Assembly (NCBI GenBank): GCA_016282815.1
Contig: JAEELU010000107.1
Coordinates: 1-33,270 of the forward strand
DNA length: 33,270 bases
DNA from: Acholeplasmatales bacterium
GTDB lineage: Bacteria; Bacillota_I; Bacilli_A; Acholeplasmatales; Anaeroplasmataceae
Reading direction: 5' to 3'
Position 1 is the first letter of the stretch. Every line of letters begins with the position of its first letter. Below, piece after piece: positions 9,589 through 18,359 of this stretch. Under the pieces are notes generated by a model. It saw only the letters and a program-made list of their open reading frames with translations. It was not told the DNA's origin and ran no database searches. The position numbers and the translations under genes are program-made.

Positions 9589-12500
9589 ATGAAAAAGAAA
9601 ATATTTATCGCATTATCATTATTATCAACATTTGCTTTAGCTTCATGCTTTGGCACACAAAATGGTACTTCGAATTCTACAACTAATGAGACTCCTAGTA
9701 CTACTGTAGAGCCTACTCCAACTACAACTCCATCAAAGGAGGAGCCAACTACAACTCTTACAACTACTCCAACTATTCCATCAACAACTCCTACAACAAC
9801 ACCAAGTACTGTTGAACCTATTGTTGTTAGAACTAAGGATCGTGGTACTGTTGATAATACGTTGGAAAGTGTTGATATTCCTGATGCTATAAAACCAGGT
9901 GCAGTTGATTCAACAGAGGCTGGATACAAGGTTAAGCACCTAATTGAGAATGCAAATGGTGAATATGATTTAGTAGCATTGCAGACTCTTATTGGCACAA
10001 TAGGTGAGGAGACAAACGCAGAAGCCATTAGCTATAACGGGTATACTGTTGAGCAATTCAATCAAGCAACTATTTTAGAGGATGGAACTACAACAGTAGA
10101 AATAAAGTATAGTGCTAATAAATATGTTTTAACCTTAGATGATATTGAAGAATCTAAAGGTATTGTATCAGGCAGTGGTGAATTCTATGCCTATCAAAAC
10201 AAAGCTACGCTAGTTGCCAAGCCTTGTATTGGTTATGAATTCGCTGGTTGGTATGATGGTGATACATTACTATCTAGTGAGAAAACTTATACATTTGAAA
10301 TTAGTGAAGATAAGAATATTACAGGTAAATTTGAAATATCTCAAGAATTTATTTACTTTGATTTTAATTCAGATCAATCATCATGTACAATTTTAGGATT
10401 AAGGGATGGTGCTCCACTTGATATTGTTATTCCAGAAAAGGTAACAGCAATTAAAGAAAATGCATTTAATGGAGCATTAATTAATAGTGTTGTTTTGCCA
10501 ACTACATTAAATGAAATTGGTATGAAAGCATTCTATAATTCAACATTGTTGAGTGTAACATTAAATTCAACACCAACTATAGGTTCTTATGCATTTGATG
10601 CTTGTCATAAGCTTATAGAGGTATTTAACAATTCTGACTATTCATTAGCCCCACGTGATTATGAATGCGGTTATCTAGCATATAATGCTTTAGTTGTTCA
10701 TAATTCTAACACTGAAGATTCAATCTTAGTAAAAAATGATGATTTTATATTTGCAGTAGTTTCTGATGATCCTACTGATTCTCCATTATTAGTTGGATAT
10801 GATGGTAATGATAAGGAAATAGTATTACCTGAAAATGTAACAATAAATAATAATGTTATTTCTAGTTACGAAATAGGCTCATATGCCTTCGTAAATAATT
10901 CTGATTTAACAGTATTGACTATTCCGGCAGCGGTAGAGGATATCGGATCTTCAGCATTCAGTGGATGTGAAAATCTGCTTGAGGTTTATAACTTAAGTGA
11001 TGATGTTGACGTTGAAGCAGGTTCTTCTGGAAATGGTTCAGTTGGCTATTATGCAAAGGTTGTACATACATCATTAGATGAGCCTAGAAGTGTATTCGTT
11101 ACGGATAAGCTTTCATATTATTTAAAAACTGACCAAAACAATATAACATACGCAACAATTATTTCCTATAAAGTAGAAGACAAAGATTTGGTTATTGAAC
11201 AAATAGGAAATTATCCTACTAAAATAGATAATGAAGTCTTCAGTCAGAATACATTAATTGAAACAGTAACATTAGAAACTGGTGTAGTATATATTGGTGA
11301 ATATGCATTTAATAAATGTATAAATTTAAAGAGTGTAGTCTCTGAAGATGTTAATTATATTGATATTCGTGCATTCCAGTCATGTGATAATCTAACTGAT
11401 GTAACATTAAAAAATTGTGAAACTATATACAATTTTGCTTTTATAAGTTGTAAAAAGTTAAGAAATCTTAATATACCAAAAATAAAGGTAATTGGTGCTT
11501 ATGCATTTGAATATTGCTATAGCTTATATACAATTACATTACCTGAAACATTAGAAACAATTGATAGTTATGCATTTGAATATTGCGTTAAGCTAAGACA
11601 AGTAATAAATAAATCTAATTTATCTATTAGCTCATATTCATCATCTAATGGTTATGTAGCATCTTATGCATTAGATGTAACAGATGATGTAGATGATTTT
11701 TATACAATAGAAGATGGCTTTGTGACATACATGGACGGATCAGATAAATATTTAATCGCGTATATAGGTGACTCTAAGGAAATTGTAGTACCTGATGATA
11801 TTTATTCAATTGATCAGGGCGCATTTATGTTTGGTGATTACACAAGTATTTCAGTCCCTGAGGATGTATTTTTGAATAATTCAATATTCTATCAATGCTT
11901 ATCCTTAGAATATTTAGATATACCTAGTTATGGTGACAGTCTATATTACTTATTTAAAGGTATTTCATATTACGAAACTACAGTAATTCCATCATCATTG
12001 AAAACCCTTCGCTTGAGTGGAAGTATTAGTGGTCAATATGGCGATTATTTTACATATTTCCAAAATTTAGAATCATTAGATTTGGCTTGTGAAATTTCTA
12101 ATCTTAATTCAACTTTTTCAAGCTTGAGTAATTTAAAAAATGTATATTATGAAGGCTCATTGGCTGATTGGGTTAATATATCATTTAGTAGTGTATACGA
12201 TACTCCGATGTATATGGCTTCAAAATTCTATCTAATAGATTCTGAAGGAGCTATTACTTTAGGAGCAAATAAATTTAGCCAATTAGAGGAAATTAATATT
12301 CCTGATACAGTAACACAATTAGGGGATTATCAATTCTATGGCTTTAGTATTAAAAAGCTAGTAATTCCTGATTCACTAACAAATATTGGTGATAAAACAT
12401 TTGCATATTGTAGGGAATTAACAAATGTAACATTAAATAATTCAACAACTATTTGTTCAAATATGTTTATTGGATGCTCAGGCTTAAAGGAGATAACTAT

Positions 12501-15500
12501 TCCTAATACAGTAGAGGAAATAGGTGATTATGCATTTGCTGATTGCTCAAGCTTAAGAAAGATAAATCTATCAAATAATATTACAGTTCTTGGCGAGGCA
12601 GCATTTAGTGGCTGTAGTTCACTTACAAGCATTATTATTCCATCAAGTATTACACAAATCAGCAATATGCTATTTATGGATTGTTACGGCTTACAAAAGG
12701 TTGTCTTTGAAGGAGAAATAACATCAGTTGGAACAAATGCTTTCCAAAACTGCTATGTATTAAATAATTTAACATTACCATCAACTGTTAATTCAATTGG
12801 TTCTGCAGCATTTAAAAATTGTGAATCTATGTCAAGCTTCTCATTCAAAAATTTAGGTATTACTGAAATTGCACCATATTTATTTTCAGGTTGTAGAAGC
12901 TTATCAGAGGTTGACTTTAGTGATAGCATAATTTCAGTTGGTGAACATGCATTCGATAATTGTAATAAGATAGCACTTACAAAATATAAGGGTGGTTTAT
13001 ATTTTGGAAATAATATTAATCCATATAAGTGGCTTATTAGGGCTGAAAAGACTTCAGAAAATGTTGAAGTAAATGAAAATTGTGAAATATTACTTGAATC
13101 AGCATTCTATGGATGTAATTCATTAAAATCGTTGATTATTCCAAATACAATAACATCATTAGGTAAAATATTAAAGGGTAATCACTCTATTGAATATCTT
13201 GAATTACCATTCTTAGGTAATGGTGGATCTTATAGCACATTAAATTATACATTTGGTCAAACATCTACATATTATAATTATGTTCCATCAACACTAGAAA
13301 CTGTAAAGATTAATGGTGATATAACTGAAATTGTTTCCGAGGCATTTAAAAATGCTTCAGGACTAAAAGAGGTAATTATTCCAAGCACTGTAACAACAAT
13401 TGGAAGCTATGCATTCTATCAAACTGGTTTAGAGTCATTTGACTTAAAGAATGTTGAATCAATAGGTGAATATGCTTTTTCTAAATCAAGTATTAAAACA
13501 ATTAATATTGGTGAACATGTAACTTCATTAGGAAATAGAGCATTTGAAGACTGTAAGAAATTAACAACAGTTAATTGTACTGGTCTAACAAATACATGCA
13601 CAGTAGGTTCATATTTGTTTAATAATTGTGAACTATTATCAAGTGTTAATTTAGGTAATATTAAGCAAATTGGAAATTATATGTTCATGTCATGTACAGC
13701 ATTAGAGGAACTTATAATTCCAGATACTGTAACATTTATTGGTTCATATTCATTTGCATATTCAGGTATTAAGAATATTGTAGCTTCTGAATTAACTAAG
13801 ACTATTGGTAATTATGCATTCCAAAGCTCAGAAATTGAGACTGTAGATTTATCAAAGATGCCAGATGGTGAAAATACACGTATTTATGATTATGCATTCT
13901 ACCAATGCTCAAATTTAAGAGAAGTAAAATTACCAAATTTAACAACAATTAATACTTATGCATTCTCTAAGTGTCCAAAATTAGAATCTATTGATTTACC
14001 AGACAGTCTAGAAAATATTAGCCAATATGCATTCTATGATTCTGGCTTAAAATCAGTTACATTACCTACTAATTTAACTCAAATGACAAATACATGCTAT
14101 GAATTTGCTAGTAATGACGATCTTGAGACAGTAACTGTAAAATCTACATCTCTAAATTACGCTAGTACATCAATATTTAGTAATTGTAGTAATATAAAGA
14201 CTGTTGTGTTTGAAGATGGTGCAAGATCAGTTTTAAGATTAATGTTCTCAAATTGTAGTTCGTTAAAATCAGTTACTCTAGCAAGTACAATTACACAAAT
14301 TGGTCAAAGTGCATTTAATGGCTGTGGATCATTAACATCTATAGTGATTCCTGCAAATGTAACATCAATTGGTGACAATGCTTTTAGTGGATGTGTAAAA
14401 TTATTAGAGGTTTACAATCTATCTGGATTAACATTTACTATTGGTGCAGAAACATATGGTAAGGTTGCATATTATGCTCAAGAAATACATACTAGTCTAT
14501 CCGAACCATCAATGTATGAGAAGGACTCTAATGGATTCATTTTTGTAGTATTAAGTGGTAAGGGTTACCTATACGGCTATGATGGTGATGAAACTGAAAT
14601 CACTCTTCCAGATGGCTTTGAAAAGAACAGTGTTCAATATGATACATATGATATCTTTACAGGAGCATTTAAGAATATAACAGCGCTAAAGAAGGTTACT
14701 ATTTCAGGCTCAGTTAGCACAATCGGTGAATCAGCATTTGATGGTTGTACAGGAATAACTGATATCACAATTAATAACGGATTAAAGTATATTAAGAATA
14801 GAGCATTTAATAATTGTACAAGCCTAGTTAATCTTTCTTTACCTGATACTCTTGAAAGAGTATATGGCGAATATGTATTCAGTAACTGTGGTAATTTGAA
14901 GGTTACCTATGAAAATTATGTAAATTACTTAGGTAATGAGAATAATCCATATCTATATCTATATGGACGTACAAGTCAATATATGAATACATTAACAATT
15001 AATGCTAATTGTAAAATAATAGGTACTAATTCATTAACATATTTATCTTATGTTACAAATGTAGTTATCCCTGAGGGTGTTATTGGTGTATCTGATTATG
15101 CATTCTATGATTGTAATAAGGTAACAAGCATTACATTCCCAACATCATTAAAATACATTGGTAGCTATGGTTTTGCACATATGGCAAAGCTTCAAAAGGT
15201 ATTATTAGCTAATACAAGCGTAGAAGAATTAGGTAATTCTGCATTTGATAATGGATTATATGGTGTTACAGATACTAACGTTATAAATGAAGTTACACTT
15301 CCTTCTACACTAAAGAGAATTGGTGAAAATTGCTTCGCTAAGGATAAGATTACAAGCATCGTAATTCCTGAAGGAGTAGAATTTATTGGCTATGAGGCAT
15401 TCAGTGAATGTGCATTATTAACTGATATTGTTCTTCCAAGCACAATCACTGAACTAGGCACATACCTATTCTATAATTGTCCAGCATTAAAGAATATTGA

Positions 15501-17088
15501 AATTGGCTTTAGTGGTGTAACATTAGGTGATGCAATGTTCTATGGCTGTACTGCTCTTACAAATGTATATTATGATGGAACAATTGATGAGTGGATGGCA
15601 AATAATATTACTGCTAATTATGGAACTCCAATGTATTATGCTACTAATTTCTATTTAAAAGATCAAAATGGAACAGTAACATATAATGATAATAAATATA
15701 CATTAGTAGAAAATCTAGTTATTCCAGATGGAACAACTACAATTGCTAATTATGCATTCTATGGATTCAATATGGTGACAAGCATTGTATTCCCTGCAAG
15801 CTTAACTACTATTAATGGTTACGCATTCTATAAGAATCTAGGCCTAATATCATTAGCATTGCCTGATACAATTGAAACAATTGGTCAATATGCATTCAGC
15901 CAATGTACTGGTCTAACAAGCTTATCTATACCATCAAATCTAACATCAATTGGTAATTCAGCCTTCTCAAGCTGTTCATCTTTAGCTGATGTTATAATTG
16001 GTGCAAAAAATATAGAATTTGCTAATAATATATTTGATTATGATAGAGCATTAGAAAATGTATATTATAATGGTACAATTGCTGATTGGACATCTATATC
16101 ATTCTTAAGCCAATCTTCAAATCCGATGTATAATACTGAAAAGGATATGACATTCTATGTGCTAGATGCTGATGGACTTGTAACATATAACGAGAATAAA
16201 TATACAAAGGTAGTAGATCTTGTAGTAACTGATGGTGTAACATCAATTGGTCAATATGCATTTTATAATTTTGATCAATTAAATAGTGTTACAATACCAT
16301 CAAGTGTTGAATCTATTGGAAAGTATGCTTTTGCTCAATCTCTAAACTTAAAATATGTAAATTTTGTTGATGGTATTAAAACAATTGATACTTATGCATT
16401 CTATAATGATGTGTCATTATTAAGTATTACATTACCAAGCACATTAACATCAATTGGCTCATATGCTTTTGAATATTGTTATAAGCTTGTTGAGGTATAT
16501 GATTTATCATCAAGTGTAAATCCTTCTAAAGGTAGCTCAACAGCTGGTCATTCTGGATGTTATGCATTAAGTATTCATACATCATCTACAGATGATTCAA
16601 TCATAACAACTGATTCAAATGGATTTATATTTGCTTATTGTAATAGTGAAGGCTATCTATTAGGCTATAATGGAAATGAAACAGAAATTACATTACCTGC
16701 AAGCTTCGAAATAAATGGTACTACAGTAACAAAATATGATATTTATTCATATGCATTCTATTATAATAAGAGTATTACTAGTGTAATAATTCCAGAGGGT
16801 TTAGAGGTTATTGATACTTATGCATTCTATGGTTGTAGTAATTTAAGCTATGTAGTAATACCTAGCACTACTACAGAAATAGAATATAATTCATTCCAGT
16901 ATTGTGGTGTTTTATATAAGGTATTCTATGGTAGTACTTTAGAAACATGGAATTCAGTAAAGAGTAATTTTGATTATACTATAACTAGTAGAACAAGATT
17001 CTATTATTCAGAAACACAAATTTCAAGTGGTAATTATTGGCATTTTGATTCTAATAATAAGCCAGAGATTTGGTCAACAGTAATTTAA
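9589..17088 (+). CDS. Giant BspA/TpLRR (LRR_5) leucine-rich-repeat surface lipoprotein, 2499 aa
   Basis: Lipobox LASC; Thr/Pro-rich linker; MucBP-like segment; InlB B-repeat-like motif (GYEFAGWYDG); dozens of IGxxAFxxCxxLxxIxIP repeats; GGAGG SD overlapping the upstream stop. Confidence 0.92.
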   Translation: MKKKIFIALSLLSTFALASCFGTQNGTSNSTTNETPSTTVEPTPTTTPSKEEPTTTLTTTPTIPSTTPTTTPSTVEPIVVRTKDRGTVDNTLESVDIPDAIKPGAVDSTEAGYKVKHLIENANGEYDLVALQTLIGTIGEETNAEAISYNGYTVEQFNQATILEDGTTTVEIKYSANKYVLTLDDIEESKGIVSGSGEFYAYQNKATLVAKPCIGYEFAGWYDGDTLLSSEKTYTFEISEDKNITGKFEISQEFIYFDFNSDQSSCTILGLRDGAPLDIVIPEKVTAIKENAFNGALINSVVLPTTLNEIGMKAFYNSTLLSVTLNSTPTIGSYAFDACHKLIEVFNNSDYSLAPRDYECGYLAYNALVVHNSNTEDSILVKNDDFIFAVVSDDPTDSPLLVGYDGNDKEIVLPENVTINNNVISSYEIGSYAFVNNSDLTVLTIPAAVEDIGSSAFSGCENLLEVYNLSDDVDVEAGSSGNGSVGYYAKVVHTSLDEPRSVFVTDKLSYYLKTDQNNITYATIISYKVEDKDLVIEQIGNYPTKIDNEVFSQNTLIETVTLETGVVYIGEYAFNKCINLKSVVSEDVNYIDIRAFQSCDNLTDVTLKNCETIYNFAFISCKKLRNLNIPKIKVIGAYAFEYCYSLYTITLPETLETIDSYAFEYCVKLRQVINKSNLSISSYSSSNGYVASYALDVTDDVDDFYTIEDGFVTYMDGSDKYLIAYIGDSKEIVVPDDIYSIDQGAFMFGDYTSISVPEDVFLNNSIFYQCLSLEYLDIPSYGDSLYYLFKGISYYETTVIPSSLKTLRLSGSISGQYGDYFTYFQNLESLDLACEISNLNSTFSSLSNLKNVYYEGSLADWVNISFSSVYDTPMYMASKFYLIDSEGAITLGANKFSQLEEINIPDTVTQLGDYQFYGFSIKKLVIPDSLTNIGDKTFAYCRELTNVTLNNSTTICSNMFIGCSGLKEITIPNTVEEIGDYAFADCSSLRKINLSNNITVLGEAAFSGCSSLTSIIIPSSITQISNMLFMDCYGLQKVVFEGEITSVGTNAFQNCYVLNNLTLPSTVNSIGSAAFKNCESMSSFSFKNLGITEIAPYLFSGCRSLSEVDFSDSIISVGEHAFDNCNKIALTKYKGGLYFGNNINPYKWLIRAEKTSENVEVNENCEILLESAFYGCNSLKSLIIPNTITSLGKILKGNHSIEYLELPFLGNGGSYSTLNYTFGQTSTYYNYVPSTLETVKINGDITEIVSEAFKNASGLKEVIIPSTVTTIGSYAFYQTGLESFDLKNVESIGEYAFSKSSIKTINIGEHVTSLGNRAFEDCKKLTTVNCTGLTNTCTVGSYLFNNCELLSSVNLGNIKQIGNYMFMSCTALEELIIPDTVTFIGSYSFAYSGIKNIVASELTKTIGNYAFQSSEIETVDLSKMPDGENTRIYDYAFYQCSNLREVKLPNLTTINTYAFSKCPKLESIDLPDSLENISQYAFYDSGLKSVTLPTNLTQMTNTCYEFASNDDLETVTVKSTSLNYASTSIFSNCSNIKTVVFEDGARSVLRLMFSNCSSLKSVTLASTITQIGQSAFNGCGSLTSIVIPANVTSIGDNAFSGCVKLLEVYNLSGLTFTIGAETYGKVAYYAQEIHTSLSEPSMYEKDSNGFIFVVLSGKGYLYGYDGDETEITLPDGFEKNSVQYDTYDIFTGAFKNITALKKVTISGSVSTIGESAFDGCTGITDITINNGLKYIKNRAFNNCTSLVNLSLPDTLERVYGEYVFSNCGNLKVTYENYVNYLGNENNPYLYLYGRTSQYMNTLTINANCKIIGTNSLTYLSYVTNVVIPEGVIGVSDYAFYDCNKVTSITFPTSLKYIGSYGFAHMAKLQKVLLANTSVEELGNSAFDNGLYGVTDTNVINEVTLPSTLKRIGENCFAKDKITSIVIPEGVEFIGYEAFSECALLTDIVLPSTITELGTYLFYNCPALKNIEIGFSGVTLGDAMFYGCTALTNVYYDGTIDEWMANNITANYGTPMYYATNFYLKDQNGTVTYNDNKYTLVENLVIPDGTTTIANYAFYGFNMVTSIVFPASLTTINGYAFYKNLGLISLALPDTIETIGQYAFSQCTGLTSLSIPSNLTSIGNSAFSSCSSLADVIIGAKNIEFANNIFDYDRALENVYYNGTIADWTSISFLSQSSNPMYNTEKDMTFYVLDADGLVTYNENKYTKVVDLVVTDGVTSIGQYAFYNFDQLNSVTIPSSVESIGKYAFAQSLNLKYVNFVDGIKTIDTYAFYNDVSLLSITLPSTLTSIGSYAFEYCYKLVEVYDLSSSVNPSKGSSTAGHSGCYALSIHTSSTDDSIITTDSNGFIFAYCNSEGYLLGYNGNETEITLPASFEINGTTVTKYDIYSYAFYYNKSITSVIIPEGLEVIDTYAFYGCSNLSYVVIPSTTTEIEYNSFQYCGVLYKVFYGSTLETWNSVKSNFDYTITSRTRFYYSETQISSGNYWHFDSNNKPEIWSTVI

Positions 17089-17115
17089 GCTAATAATTAA
17101 GGCTCTATATAATTC

Positions 17116-17146
17116 AAAAGGCGACTTCGGTCGTCTTTTCTTTTTT
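17116..17146 (+). terminator. Intrinsic terminator closing the cyclase/FecR/LRR operon
   Basis: AAAAGGCGAC-TTCG-GTCGTCTTTT followed by CTTTTTT; C(UUCG)G tetraloop. Confidence 0.92.
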
Positions 17147-17150
17147 GTTT

Positions 17151-17213
17151 TAAGTTAGTTGACAATAACTATAATAAGTGATATCATAATGTAAGTTAGT
17201 TAAGATTAACTAA
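17151..17213. promoter_or_regulatory. Twin palindromic operators, probably for a metal-dependent repressor
   Basis: TTAGTTGACAATAACTAT (17155-17172) and TTAGTTAA-GA-TTAACTAA (17196-17213), both preceded by TAAG and 41 bp apart. Confidence 0.7.
17159..17187 (+). promoter_or_regulatory. SigA-type promoter of the ZIP/HMA operon
   Basis: TTGACA (17159-17164), 17 bp spacer, TATCAT (17182-17187) with extended -10 TG at 17179-17180. Confidence 0.82.
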
Positions 17214-17252
17214 TATAAAATAGATAAATTATTAAGAAAGAAGGGATATATT

Positions 17253-18026
17253 ATGAATGGATTTATGGTACTTTGTTTATTTATACCTTTGATTGGTACT
17301 GGACTTGGTAGTGCTATGGTATTTTTCTTAAAAAGAAATATTAATCCTAAATTACAAAAGGTATTATTAGGCTTCGCATCTGGTGTTATGATAGCTGCCT
17401 CAATTTGGAGCTTACTACAGCCAGCGATTGAAACATATCAGGATGGTAGCTATTTAAAATGGCTAATTCCAGCACTTGGTTTTTTGGTTGGTATGGCATT
17501 CTTATATCTTTTAGATATAGTTATCCCTCATATACATATCGATAAGCAAGAAGAGGGTATTAAGAATAATAAGCTAAGTAATAAGTTTAAGATGATGCTT
17601 GCAGTAACATTACATAATATACCTGAGGGATTGGCAGTTGGTGTTATTATTGCAGGATGTATCAATAACACAATATCAAATGAAGCTATGCTTGCATTAG
17701 CTATTGGTATTGCAATTCAAAATTTCCCAGAGGGTGCAATTATTTCTATGCCACTTATGGAGGAGGGCTTATCCAAATTTAAAGCATTCCTTTATGGGTT
17801 CTTATCTGGTGTTGTAGAGCCTATCGCATCATTACTAGCAATATTGTTAACTTATTTTATTTCTGCAATATTACCATTTACACTTGCATTCGCGGCTGGA
17901 GCGATGATATATGTAGTAGTAGAGGAATTGATTCCTGAGGCTAATGAGGGTAAGCATTCAAATTTAGCAACAATCGGTCTAGCAGTTGGCTTTGTGTTAA
18001 TGATGGTATTAGATATAGCATTATAG
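17253..18026 (+). CDS. zupT: ZIP family (ZupT/GufA-type) divalent metal transporter
   Basis: GFASGVMIAAS, PHIH loop, LHNIPEG, IQNFPEG and AAGAMIYVVVEELIPE; highly hydrophobic. Confidence 0.9.
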   Translation: MNGFMVLCLFIPLIGTGLGSAMVFFLKRNINPKLQKVLLGFASGVMIAASIWSLLQPAIETYQDGSYLKWLIPALGFLVGMAFLYLLDIVIPHIHIDKQEEGIKNNKLSNKFKMMLAVTLHNIPEGLAVGVIIAGCINNTISNEAMLALAIGIAIQNFPEGAIISMPLMEEGLSKFKAFLYGFLSGVVEPIASLLAILLTYFISAILPFTLAFAAGAMIYVVVEELIPEANEGKHSNLATIGLAVGFVLMMVLDIAL

Positions 18027-18036
18027 GAGGAGTATT

Positions 18037-18255
18037 ATGTTTAAGTATGTATTAGGAATTAAAGGTATGAAGTGTAGTATGTGTGAAGCACATATAAATG
18101 ATGTAATAAGAAAGGAATTAGATGTAAAAAAGGTTAAATCTAATCATAAAAAGAATATTACATCATTTATATCAAATGATTTAATTGATGAATCAAAAAT
18201 AAAAAGTATAATTGATTCTACAGGCTATGAGCTTGTAAGTATCGATATTAACTAA
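18037..18255 (+). CDS. Heavy-metal-associated (HMA, CopZ-like) metallochaperone
   Basis: GMKCSMCEAHI (GMxCxxC) motif; 72 aa; GGAGGAG SD. Confidence 0.85.
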   Translation: MFKYVLGIKGMKCSMCEAHINDVIRKELDVKKVKSNHKKNITSFISNDLIDESKIKSIIDSTGYELVSIDIN

Positions 18256-18263
18256 AATAAACT

Positions 18264-18303
18264 AGGAATTGGAGTATTTAAATACCTCAATTCCTTTTCT
18301 TTT
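18264..18303 (+). terminator. Intrinsic terminator after the HMA gene
   Basis: Long stem AGGAATTGGAGTATT / AATACCTCAATTCCT (one G-U pair, one mismatch) followed by TTTCTTTT. Confidence 0.8.
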
Positions 18304-18304
18304 A

Positions 18305-18333
18305 TTGAAAGATGGAATATTATAAAGTATAAT
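18305..18333 (+). promoter_or_regulatory. SigA-type promoter of dxs
   Basis: TTGAAA (18305-18310), 17 bp spacer, TATAAT (18328-18333). Confidence 0.75.
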
Positions 18334-18359
18334 ATTTTTATGAAAAATGTGGTGATATT

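Noticed and set aside
9582-10028. 148-aa minus-strand ORF rich in Val/Gly/Ser
   Set aside because: It is the antisense shadow of the Thr/Pro (ACN/CCN) codons at the start of the LRR gene, with no independent evidence.
13400-16830. Recurrent TATGCATTCTAT-type DNA repeats, including an identical 21-mer ATTGATACTTATGCATTCTAT at 16384 and 16810, considered as a CRISPR array or a diversity-generating retroelement TR/VR pair
   Set aside because: They encode the YAFY part of LRR units in frame and are irregularly spaced. No cas or reverse transcriptase gene is in the window, and no long adenine-mismatched repeat pair was seen.
4449-17252. Cyclase operon as a mobile element or genomic island
   Set aside because: No integrase, transposase, tRNA or flanking direct repeats were seen, and base composition looks similar to the flanks by eye.
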